A program made the translations under genes and the position numbers. DNA of 47,773 nt from Desulfovibrio sp. (lineage in GTDB: Bacteria; Bacillota; Dethiobacteria; DTU022; UBA8154): contig JAGVAS010000147.1 in NCBI GenBank assembly GCA_020060185.1, positions 1 through 47,773 on the forward strand, written 5' to 3'. The notes below the pieces were generated by a model. It was not told the DNA's origin, did not search any database, and saw only the letters and a list, made by a program, of their open reading frames with translations. Position 1 is the first letter of the stretch. Each line of letters opens with the position of its first letter. This document shows, piece by piece, positions 28,950 to 37,792 of the stretch.

Positions 28950-30563
28950 ATGAAAAAAACCCCTGTATTATCGTTTTTTTTGATAATGCTATTATTTCTG
29001 ATCCTGGCGGGATGCGCTCCGCAAGAGATTGAGCAAAAAGCAGGGCCTGATGCCAAAGATACCAAAGCTGTCGAAACCCGGACAGAAGAAAGAATAGCAA
29101 AGGCAGAACCCGTCGTCGTGAGGCTGGAAGGCGGCGACTGGGGTTACCCCACACCCTTTGCCCACTATTCCCGGGGACCGGGTTCAGCCCTGATGCGCTA
29201 CATTTTTGACTCCCTGCTGGAAAGGGATGAAAAGGGTTACATCCCCTGGCTGGCGGAAAGATGGGAAATATTCGATGAAGGCAAACGATACGTTTTCCAT
29301 ATCCGTCCCGGGGTAAAATGGCAAGACGGACAGCCTTTGACAGCGCGGGATGTGGCTTTTTCCTTTAACTATTACCGGGAACACCCACCCGTATGGAAAG
29401 ACGACCTGGTTCTGGACAAGGACTACTTGCTGGATATAAGTGTACTCTCCGACCGCCAGGTGGAATTCGTGGTATCAGAAGCCAGGGCCACCTTCCTGGA
29501 GGCTGCCGGGCGGGTGAGCATTATCCCCGAACACATCTGGACGAAAGTGGATAAACCGGATGAGTTTTCTGGTCCGGAAGCCGTTATCGGCAGCGGGCCT
29601 TTACGCCTGGTGGATTACAGCAAGGAACACGGCACCTACCGGTACGAGGCCTATGGGGAGTTCTGGGGGCCCCGCGTTCGGGTGGATGTCCTGGAGTTTG
29701 TCCCCGTAAGCGATCCCGTGCTGGCCCTGGAAAAGGGGGAGATTGACCTGGCCTCCATCCCGGCCGACGTGCTGCACCGTTTTAAAGAAAACCCGGCCTA
29801 TACGGTGATGGAAAACCCCGGTTTCTGGGGCTACCGCCTGCGCTTTAACATGCAAAAGCTCCCCGAATTTCAAAACAGGGATCTGCGCCGGGCCTTTGCC
29901 TACACTATTAACAGGGAAGAACTGGTGGAGAAAATTGCCCGCGGGGAGGCCATTCCCGGAAACCCAGGAATCCTCTCGCCTCACCACCGCTGGTATAACC
30001 CCCAGGTGCCACAGTATGAACACAACTCCGAGAAAGCCCGGGAGTTATTAGCCGGTCTGAATGCCAACCTGAAACCTGCCTACGAGCTGCTGGTGGGTGG
30101 AGACCGGGAGGTGCGCATCGGCGAGCTTTTAAAAGAGCAGCTTTCCCAGGCGGGAATCGAGCTACGGGTTACTTCGGTAGATATGAAGACCCGGGACGCC
30201 CGCATCGCCGAAGGCAACTACCAGCTGGTGCTGGTGGGACACGGGGGCTGGGGCCAGGATCCGGATTATCTCAGGACCCGCTTTGTCGGCGCTGAGGGAG
30301 ACTGGTTCAGCGGCACGCCGGGATACGCCAACCCCGAGGTGGACCGCCTGGCGCAGGAGCAATTGAAGGAAACGAACGAAAGCAGGAGAAAGGAGCTGAT
30401 TTTCCGGCTGCAGCAGCTTCTGGCAGAGGATGTCCCGGAAATACCCCTGTTCCTGACTACGGGGCATACAGTCTTCCGGCACGAGAGCTACGACGGCTGG
30501 ATGCACGTCTTCGACCACCACGCCCCTACGCACAACAAGCTTTCTTACCTGGAGAGGGAATAA
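28950..30563 (+). CDS. Family-5 ABC substrate-binding lipoprotein (nickel/peptide type)
   Basis: Lipobox LAGC, IFDSLL, PWLAE.W, WQDGQPLTARDVAFS, GSGP; His-rich C-terminus DHHAPTH. Confidence 0.9.
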   Translation: MKKTPVLSFFLIMLLFLILAGCAPQEIEQKAGPDAKDTKAVETRTEERIAKAEPVVVRLEGGDWGYPTPFAHYSRGPGSALMRYIFDSLLERDEKGYIPWLAERWEIFDEGKRYVFHIRPGVKWQDGQPLTARDVAFSFNYYREHPPVWKDDLVLDKDYLLDISVLSDRQVEFVVSEARATFLEAAGRVSIIPEHIWTKVDKPDEFSGPEAVIGSGPLRLVDYSKEHGTYRYEAYGEFWGPRVRVDVLEFVPVSDPVLALEKGEIDLASIPADVLHRFKENPAYTVMENPGFWGYRLRFNMQKLPEFQNRDLRRAFAYTINREELVEKIARGEAIPGNPGILSPHHRWYNPQVPQYEHNSEKARELLAGLNANLKPAYELLVGGDREVRIGELLKEQLSQAGIELRVTSVDMKTRDARIAEGNYQLVLVGHGGWGQDPDYLRTRFVGAEGDWFSGTPGYANPEVDRLAQEQLKETNESRRKELIFRLQQLLAEDVPEIPLFLTTGHTVFRHESYDGWMHVFDHHAPTHNKLSYLERE

Positions 30564-30725
30564 AGATTGAGTCCAATGCCGTTTACCATTCCATCGCTTA
30601 TCCTGGGGCAGGTACTTGAAAGCAAGGAAATAAGGAAATAGAAAGGTTGATGATTCCGATGGGACAGCAGCAGCAACCGGTAGAGGGGCAGCAGCCGGGC
30701 AACAAGAAGGGATCTCATCAGTACC

Positions 30726-32474
30726 ATGAACAAATTATTAAACGAGAGAAGCAAAAAGAGTGAACCAGCTTCTTCTCTGCTCCGGGTAGAAAACCTTTCT
30801 GTTCTGTACAGGGGGCAGCAGAAAGAGGTTCGGGCTTTGCGCGACGTTTCCTTTACCTTGGAAAAAGGCGAAACCTTGGGGATTATCGGGGAGTCCGGAA
30901 GCGGCAAGACTTCCCTGGCCCTGGCTTTGCTGGGGCTGATCGGGTCCCCGCACGGCGTATCGGCACGGGTGCTTGTAGGCGGGCAGGATATCCTGTCCCT
31001 TCCCGAAGAGGCGAAAAAAAAGCTGCGCTGGCGGCAGGTCGCCCTGGTTTTCCAGAACTCCTTAGAGGTCTTGAACCCCGTCCTTAAAGTGGGGGAGCAG
31101 GTAAGCGAGCCCTTAAAAAGGCACCTGGATCTGGACGGGACAGACCTGGAAAGGGAAATGGAAAAGCTTTTTGCCCTGGTCGGCCTGGAGCCGTACTGGC
31201 AGGAGGCCTATCCCCACCAGCTTTCCGGGGGGATGCGCCAGCGGGTGCTTTTGGCCATGGCCCTTTCCTGCCGCCCGGAGCTCCTGGTGGTCGACGAGCC
31301 CACAACCTCCCTGGACGCCGTCTCCCGGAAGGAAGTGCTGGAAATGCTCAAAGCTCTCCAGGAGCAAATGGGTTTTGGAATGATCGTTATTTCCCACGAC
31401 CTGGCCGCCGTTTCCAGCCTGGCGGAACGGCTGCTCGTTCTTTACAGCGGAGAGGTGCTGGAAAGCGGGAATACCCAGGAAATCCTGGAGGAACCCCGCC
31501 ATCCCTACACACGGGGCTTGATCCATTCCTCCGTAGAGGTTTTTCCCTACCGGGACCTCTGGGGCATCCCCGGGGAGCCTTCCGGGGATGCCGGTTTACC
31601 TGCTTGTTCTTTTGTCCATCGCTGCACCCAGGTCGTCAAAAAATGCCGGGAGAGCAGGCCCTCCCTGGTAGAGGTTTCCCCTGGACGTATGGTGCGCTGC
31701 CACCGCGGCGGTATCGCTACCCTGCTGGAAGCCAGGGGTATCGTCAAGGAATTTTTCCTTAAACAAAGAAAGATCCGGGCCCTTGGAGGGGTTAAGCTGG
31801 AGGTGCGCTGCGGAGAAACCGTTGCCCTGGTGGGTGCGTCGGGATCGGGAAAATCCACCCTGGCCCAGATTCTCGCCGGCTTTTTACCGCCGGACCGGGG
31901 CGAGGTGACCTTCCAGGGTAAAAAGGTGGAGGGTAACTGGGCCTCCCGGCAGGAAGGAGGGATCCAGCTGGTCCTGCAGGACCCCTTCAGTGCGGTCAGC
32001 CACCGCCTTACGGTGGAGGATGCTGTAGCCGAACCCCTGGTGATCAATAAAGTTGCCTCACCGGAAGACCGTCAGAAAAGAGTGAAAGAAGCCCTCCAGG
32101 CCGTGCAGCTTCCTGCCGATGAAGAATTTCTCCAGCGTTATTGTTTCGCCTTGAGCGGCGGGCAGCGCCAGCGCCTGGCCATTGCCCGGGCCCTGGTCAT
32201 GAAACCGGCCCTGCTGCTGGCCGACGAGATTACCGCCATGCTGGATGTCTCCACACAGGCCAACCTGATGCGCCTGCTAAAAGGGCTGCAAAACAGCAGG
32301 GGGTTTGCCATGCTTTACATTACCCACGACCTGTACCTGGCACGCAAGGTGGCCGAGCGCATTATCGTCCTGCACGGGGGAGAGGTCGTGGAGGAGGGCT
32401 CTGTAAAGCGGGTGACGGAACATTCCTGCTGCTGCCATACACAGGAGCTGCTGGAGGCAGGGCTTCATACCTGA
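30726..32474 (+). CDS. Fused double-domain ABC ATPase (DppD/F type)
   Basis: GESGSGKT and GASGSGKS, LSGGMRQR and LSGGQRQR, HPYTRGL, Cys-rich linker. Confidence 0.92.
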   Translation: MNKLLNERSKKSEPASSLLRVENLSVLYRGQQKEVRALRDVSFTLEKGETLGIIGESGSGKTSLALALLGLIGSPHGVSARVLVGGQDILSLPEEAKKKLRWRQVALVFQNSLEVLNPVLKVGEQVSEPLKRHLDLDGTDLEREMEKLFALVGLEPYWQEAYPHQLSGGMRQRVLLAMALSCRPELLVVDEPTTSLDAVSRKEVLEMLKALQEQMGFGMIVISHDLAAVSSLAERLLVLYSGEVLESGNTQEILEEPRHPYTRGLIHSSVEVFPYRDLWGIPGEPSGDAGLPACSFVHRCTQVVKKCRESRPSLVEVSPGRMVRCHRGGIATLLEARGIVKEFFLKQRKIRALGGVKLEVRCGETVALVGASGSGKSTLAQILAGFLPPDRGEVTFQGKKVEGNWASRQEGGIQLVLQDPFSAVSHRLTVEDAVAEPLVINKVASPEDRQKRVKEALQAVQLPADEEFLQRYCFALSGGQRQRLAIARALVMKPALLLADEITAMLDVSTQANLMRLLKGLQNSRGFAMLYITHDLYLARKVAERIIVLHGGEVVEEGSVKRVTEHSCCCHTQELLEAGLHT

Positions 32475-32603
32475 AATGCCCAGCTATCTTGCCAGGATAA
32501 GAACTGAGGCAACAGCACCGCTAAACGCTAAAATAAAAAACAAATAGGGAGTCAGAGCTTGATTTTTTCGTTCCGGCCTCTGGCTAACCTGGAGTTTGTT
32601 GAT

Positions 32604-33638
32604 ATGTCCGTGAAAAAATCTTGGCCAAGAGCTATCGAATATCTCCTGACCTTTCTGGTCATCATTACCCTGAATTTTTCTCTTCCCCGCCTCATGCCCG
32701 GGGATCCTTTTTTGCACCTTTCCGGGGAGGCCGGGGAGATCGTGGAGGCGTACACCGAGGAACAGAGGCGCTACTTCCTGGAATATTACGGCCTGGACCG
32801 GCCCCTGCTGGAACAGTACTGGAACTACCTGGGCGAGCTGGCCCGCGGCAACCTGGGCTTCAGTTACTATTACAAGGAACCCGTAGTCAATCTTATTGCC
32901 CGCCGCCTGCCCTGGACTCTGCTCCTGGTTACTTCTGCTACTTTGTTCAGCCTTCTTTTTGGCGTTTTACTGGGCAGTTTTTCCGCCTGGCGGCGCGGCC
33001 GGTGGCAGGACAGGTTTCTCTACCTGTTCATGGTTGTCTTTGGCGAGATCCCGGCTTTTTTAATTGGGCTTGTCCTGCTCATTTTTCTTGCCGCCGGGCT
33101 GGGGCTTTTCCCCCTGGCTGGGGCCATGACCCATTTCGCCCGGTATGCTTCATTTTGGGAAAAGCTGAAGGACATCCTGCACCACGCTGTCCTGCCGGTG
33201 CTGACCCTTACCCTGGCCCGCACGGGCGGTATCTACCTGCTGGTGCGCAACAGCCTTGGTACCGTCTTAACCAGGGACTTTATGTGCACTGCCCGGGCCA
33301 AGGGGCTGGCTGAGTTTCGTATCCGCTACCGTCACGCCTTGCGCAACGCTCTTTTGCCACTGGTAACCCGGATTGCATTGCAGATGGGAACTATGGTGGG
33401 AGGGGCCGTGCTGGCGGAAAACGTCTTTGCCTATCCCGGTCTGGGGCGGCTTATGCGTGATGCCGTTTTTGTGCGGGATTATCCCCTGTTACAGGGCATT
33501 TTCCTGGTCCTGGCCATGGGGGTCATGGGGGCAAATCTCTGTGTGGATTTGCTCTACAGGCGCCTGGATCCCAGGACAAAAACTGTGAATGTAGGAGATA
33601 TGAAAAACTGGCAAGACTCTGCTGCAGAAGACAGGTAA
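32604..33638 (+). CDS. ABC permease (DppB/NikB type)
   Basis: RLMPGDP, GLDRPL..QY, TARAKGL, HALRNALLP, RDYPLLQG. Confidence 0.92.
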   Translation: MSVKKSWPRAIEYLLTFLVIITLNFSLPRLMPGDPFLHLSGEAGEIVEAYTEEQRRYFLEYYGLDRPLLEQYWNYLGELARGNLGFSYYYKEPVVNLIARRLPWTLLLVTSATLFSLLFGVLLGSFSAWRRGRWQDRFLYLFMVVFGEIPAFLIGLVLLIFLAAGLGLFPLAGAMTHFARYASFWEKLKDILHHAVLPVLTLTLARTGGIYLLVRNSLGTVLTRDFMCTARAKGLAEFRIRYRHALRNALLPLVTRIALQMGTMVGGAVLAENVFAYPGLGRLMRDAVFVRDYPLLQGIFLVLAMGVMGANLCVDLLYRRLDPRTKTVNVGDMKNWQDSAAEDR

Positions 33639-33744
33639 AGTTAAAGCTTTTAGAGCCATAATGAAACCCGTCCTGACTGGAAGGGTTTTGTTCCTGCTTA
33701 AGATTGTCCACTTTTAAATATTCGCCTGAAGAGGAAAAGTTCTT

Positions 33745-34644
33745 ATGCCTATGTATAACAAACTTACAGCTTTCAAGGTTCTGGTTGGAGGTGCTATTAC
33801 CGGCAATATTCGCAACTTCTGGCGGCAACTGAGCGCTTTTGGAAAAGTTTCTCACCTTATCCTGGTGAGCCTGGTTTTTCTGGCCGTTTTTTCACCCTAC
33901 TTGACCTTGTATCCTCATAATGTTTCTTCTGGCCCTCCTCTTGCCCCTCCCGGGGGGAAGCACCTTTTGGGAACGGATGAGCTGGGGGTGGATCTCTGGT
34001 CCATGATCTGCTACGGAGCCAGGGTAAGCCTCATGGTAGGTTTGTTTACCTCCCTCCTGGCCGGGCTTGGCGGGGGAATGGCAGGGGTAATCGCCGCCTA
34101 CCGGGGCGGTTGGCTCGACCGGACCCTCATGCGCATCGCGGACATCATGATCATCCTGCCAGATCTGCCAGTCATGATTGTTTTGGCAGCTTTTTTCGGC
34201 CCCAGCCTGCGCAACATCATTATCGTGCTGGCTCTTTTCTCCTGGTCCATACCGGCGCGCCTTATCCGGTCCCAGGCGCTGGCCTTGAAGGAGCAGCCCT
34301 ACATCAAGATGGCCGCCCATTTCGGAGGAAGTACAGCCTACCTGCTTTTCAAGCATTTTCTCCCGGAGCTTTTCCCCTTACTTCTGGTGAGCATGATCCG
34401 CCTGGCCGGCATGGCCATTGTAACAGAGGCATCCCTTTCTTTCCTGGGCCTGGGCGACCCCACCTCCCGAAGCTGGGGGCTGGTCATCAATCATGCCATG
34501 AACTTTCGCGGCATATATTTTACTCCCTTCTGGAAATGGTGGCTGCTTTATCCCTGGCTGTTTTTAACGCTTCTTGTATCATCCCTTGCCCTACTGGGCC
34601 GGGAACTGGAAAAAATTGCAGATCCGCGCATGATGAAAAGCTGA
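33745..34644 (+). CDS. ABC permease (DppC/NikC type)
   Basis: HLLGTDELG, GARVSL, EASLSFLGLG, SWG; start uncertain. Confidence 0.9.
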   Translation: MPMYNKLTAFKVLVGGAITGNIRNFWRQLSAFGKVSHLILVSLVFLAVFSPYLTLYPHNVSSGPPLAPPGGKHLLGTDELGVDLWSMICYGARVSLMVGLFTSLLAGLGGGMAGVIAAYRGGWLDRTLMRIADIMIILPDLPVMIVLAAFFGPSLRNIIIVLALFSWSIPARLIRSQALALKEQPYIKMAAHFGGSTAYLLFKHFLPELFPLLLVSMIRLAGMAIVTEASLSFLGLGDPTSRSWGLVINHAMNFRGIYFTPFWKWWLLYPWLFLTLLVSSLALLGRELEKIADPRMMKS

Positions 34645-34670
34645 ATTCTAAGTGGAATTAAGCTCGAAAC

Positions 34671-34709
34671 TTGTAAAAGAGACGGAAAGAGAATATAGAT
34701 ACCCGCTTT
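34671..34709 (+). repeat. Right copy of the 39-bp direct repeat
   Basis: TTGTAAAAGAGACGGAAAGAGAATATAGATACCCGCTTT. Confidence 0.85.
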
Positions 34710-34790
34710 AAAAAAAACGATTAAGGGTTGTTAAAGGAGGGGAAATACTATATTATGGTATAAAAAAATTCTTTTTCCCAACGAGGTGGT

Positions 34791-35186
34791 ATGAAGATGC
34801 AGGGTATAAATTTACGGGGCGTTAGAGGTGCTACTGATGTGCCTTCCAATGATGCTCATGAAATTTTGGAGGCAACTAAAGAACTTCTCCAGGAAATGCT
34901 GCAAAAAAATTCCATTAGGAAGGAAGAGATTGCGGCAATTATTTTTACCATGACAGCAGACCTCAATGCTGTTTTTCCTGCAGAAGCTGCCCGCCAGCTG
35001 GGCTGGACCTATGTGCCGCTCTTCTGCCCCAGTGAAATTGATGTGCCCGGAGCCCTGCCGCGTTGTATCCGTATTTTAATGCTAATTAATACAGCAAAGG
35101 CACAGGAAGAAATACACCATGTTTATTTAAGAGGAGCTGCTGTACTAAGACAAGACCTTGTTAAAAAAGAAGAAGGAAATAATTGA
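34791..35186 (+). CDS. aroH: Chorismate mutase, AroH type
   Basis: RGVRGAT, FTMTADLNAVFPAEAAR, EIDVPGALPRCIR, HVYLRGA..LR.DL. Confidence 0.95.
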   Translation: MKMQGINLRGVRGATDVPSNDAHEILEATKELLQEMLQKNSIRKEEIAAIIFTMTADLNAVFPAEAARQLGWTYVPLFCPSEIDVPGALPRCIRILMLINTAKAQEEIHHVYLRGAAVLRQDLVKKEEGNN

Positions 35187-35505
35187 AGAAAAGTGGAGAA
35201 AGCTTCCATATTTTGCTGCGTCTGATTTGGACAGCAGCTTTTTTGATACTGATATCATTCTGAACTGTAGCAGCGTAGGTAAGATTATTTGTTACAAAGT
35301 TGGAGAGGATAAGTAAAGACAATCGCAAAAGTAAAAAGCGAGAGTCTCGTCTTTTAAATTTGAAAAGAAAAATTCGGGAGGTTATTATCTTCGATATATT
35401 CTCTCATGGCCTCTGGCAAGAAAAACAAAGTACCTCCAAAAAGAGGGAATTACTCAAAAATAGCAAAAGTATAAAATATTATACTAACAAAGGATTGATG
35501 CCTGG

Positions 35506-35960
35506 GTGCAAGTATCAAGAGCCCAGTTTATAATCCTTTCTTCTGTTTTCCTCTCTCTGGTTTTGGCCTTTAACTGTATTTATGTTTTGCGGCAGGAACA
35601 ACAAAATATACGGGTTATTATCGAGAGTATAAATGAATATTTATCAGAAAGACCGGGTTATGATAAAGAGAGCGATCATAGTCTATTTAATCAGCTTAGG
35701 GAAATAAAACATTACCTGGAAGAACTTAAGGCACATAACCGCGAGTTAGAGGAAATAGTGTCTCTGCTACAGCAGAACTATGTAATGGCTGTAAGCCTGC
35801 GGGGCGCTGATCTACCCGTTCTTTCCCCCCTTCCGGATTCAGTGCGGGGCCCGAAAAAGTGGCCCGAATGATGGCTCTCATAGCCAGGGCTGCGGTAGAA
35901 GATAGCGAGGTTGAAAGATGGGAAAGAATATTAAAAATCGGCAAAGCGGAAGGCAGATGA
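35506..35960 (+). pseudogene. Membrane-anchored coiled-coil protein, probably a frameshifted and internally deleted glucosaminidase-domain gene
   Basis: TM plus coiled coil to DLPVLSP; after a C6 tract (35825-35830) a second frame reads SGFSAGPEKVARMMALIARAA to stop at 35960; family guess from short motifs only. Confidence 0.35.
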
Positions 35961-35963
35961 AAA

Positions 35964-36335
35964 ATGCTCATTAAATTGCTGTTTTTATTTACCGTAATTC
36001 CCCTGTTGGAACTATGGTTGCTGATAGAGGTTGGAAAAATTATCGGGACATGGTTGACAATAATGATCGTAGCATCAACGGGTTTTCTAGGGGTTTTACT
36101 GGCCCGCTCCCAGGGTTTACTAGTACTTTATAATATGCAGGCAGAGCTCCGTCGGGGAATGCTCCCCACAGATGAGCTTTTAAATGGCGTTTGCATTTTA
36201 GTAGGCGGTGCTTTTCTGTTAACGCCGGGGTTGATAACTGATTTGTTTGGGTTTTCTCTTCTTTTTCCCCTTACAAGGAATCCAATTAAAAAAGTAGCAG
36301 TACGCCTGATAAAAAAGATGTTTAAAGTTATTTAA
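35964..36335 (+). CDS. fxsA: FxsA family membrane protein
   Basis: IPLLELWLLIEVG, ARSQG, GGAFLLTPGLITD..GF.LL.P.TR. Confidence 0.92.
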   Translation: MLIKLLFLFTVIPLLELWLLIEVGKIIGTWLTIMIVASTGFLGVLLARSQGLLVLYNMQAELRRGMLPTDELLNGVCILVGGAFLLTPGLITDLFGFSLLFPLTRNPIKKVAVRLIKKMFKVI

Positions 36336-36402
36336 TTTTCTCAGTTAAACAACAGGGAAAATTACATTTGACTTTACTTCTAATATCTGGCAGCTGAAGT
36401 AC

Positions 36403-36576
36403 ATGGAGGAAAGCAATGCCCGCCAAACAGCCCAACTGCTAAGCAAGGGGCGCTGGACCCATGATTATCCGCTAACCAGTGAAATCCTAAAAGAATTCGG
36501 TTTGAGGATTTCCACGGATATTCCCTGGGAAATATACAGGCTCATGGAACTATACCCCCAGCACCAAAAAACTTAG
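36403..36576 (+). pseudogene. C-terminal remnant of an SDH-family Clp-fold serine proteinase
   Basis: Manual translation MEESNARQTAQLLSKGRWTHDYPLTSEILKEFGLRISTDIPWEIYRLMELYPQHQKT; WTHDYP and LMELYPQ motifs; upstream in-frame sequence is closed. Confidence 0.7.
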
Positions 36577-36589
36577 AAAGAGTGATAAA

Positions 36590-37792
36590 ATGCGACCGGG
36601 AAAAATTGAAGAACAAACAGCAGGCAGATTCCAGAGGGTAAAACCGCGTCTGTGGACTTTAAATTTTATCTTGATCTCCTTATCTTCTCTTACCGTGTTT
36701 CTCTGCTTTCACAGCCTCGTTCCCACTCTTCCGGCTTATATCGAAGGATTCGGTGGGACAACAAAAACCGCAGGGCTGGCCATGGCTTCCCTGACCCTGG
36801 CAGCGGTTATGATCAGGCCGTTTACCGGTTGGGCCCTGGATAAATACGGGCGTAAACTGATCCTTCTGGGTGGTCTTTTTGTCTTTTTAATCCCGTCGAT
36901 TATTTATATCTGGATGATTCCCGCTGTCATGCTAATTATTTTTCGTTTTGTTCAGGGACTGGGCTGGGGGGTTTGTAATACGGCTTCAGGTACAGTTGCA
37001 TCAGATATCGTGCCGGCGGAAAGGCTGGGTGAAGGCATGGGGTTTTTCAGTACAACCCTGAGCATCTCCATGGCTATTGCCCCGGCTGTCGGCCTGTGGT
37101 TAATAAGCCGGTATTCCTTCCAGGCGCTCTTTATAACGTGTTCACTTTTAACTCTGGCCTCTCTTCTTCTGGCTATGCTGATCAAATATCCCAAAGTTGA
37201 AAAGCAAGTCACAGGCCTTAGCCTGGTCTTTATGGAAAAAGCGGCCCTCCGGCCTGCCATGGTCATTCTCTTTGTGTCACTGGCATACAGTTCGTTTCTC
37301 TCATTTCTGGCTCTTTATACCCGGGAACAGGGTATGACATCAACAGGGCTCTTTTTTACTACACTGGCTATAACTGCGTTGATATCTCGCCCCCTGTCAG
37401 GAAGAATTATTGACAGGGCAGGACGGAAAGGTTATGACTTAAGCGTGCTGATAGGAAGTATTACCATTATTATCGCCATGCTTATTATCGCCCGGACTTC
37501 CACGCCGTTTCACCTTATAGCCGGGGGAATTTTTTATGGTATCGGCTTTGGCTTCATTCAACCCGCCATGCTGGCCCTTGCCATCAGCAGCGTGCCTCCA
37601 GGTAAAAGAGGAGCAGCGAATGCTACATACTGGACCGCTTTCGATATCGGTGTGGCTGTTGGTTCCCTGACCTGGGGGCTGGTAGCCTCTGCCCTTGGTT
37701 ACAGTGCTATGTTTAACCTGACCATTATCCCGTCAACAGTCCGGGTCTGGGAAATAAACATAGGCACTAGAATATGGAAGTTATATGTGTAG
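36590..37792 (+). CDS. MFS transporter; native C-terminus displaced by an IS
   Basis: LDKYGRK motif A, RFVQGLG, about 12 TM; last residues are read from the IS left end; native tail at 39310-39396. Confidence 0.9.
   Translation: MRPGKIEEQTAGRFQRVKPRLWTLNFILISLSSLTVFLCFHSLVPTLPAYIEGFGGTTKTAGLAMASLTLAAVMIRPFTGWALDKYGRKLILLGGLFVFLIPSIIYIWMIPAVMLIIFRFVQGLGWGVCNTASGTVASDIVPAERLGEGMGFFSTTLSISMAIAPAVGLWLISRYSFQALFITCSLLTLASLLLAMLIKYPKVEKQVTGLSLVFMEKAALRPAMVILFVSLAYSSFLSFLALYTREQGMTSTGLFFTTLAITALISRPLSGRIIDRAGRKGYDLSVLIGSITIIIAMLIIARTSTPFHLIAGGIFYGIGFGFIQPAMLALAISSVPPGKRGAANATYWTAFDIGVAVGSLTWGLVASALGYSAMFNLTIIPSTVRVWEINIGTRIWKLYV

Noticed and set aside
35300-35533. 77-aa Lys-rich ORF
   Set aside because: AT-rich intergenic composition with no recognisable motif or convincing SD.
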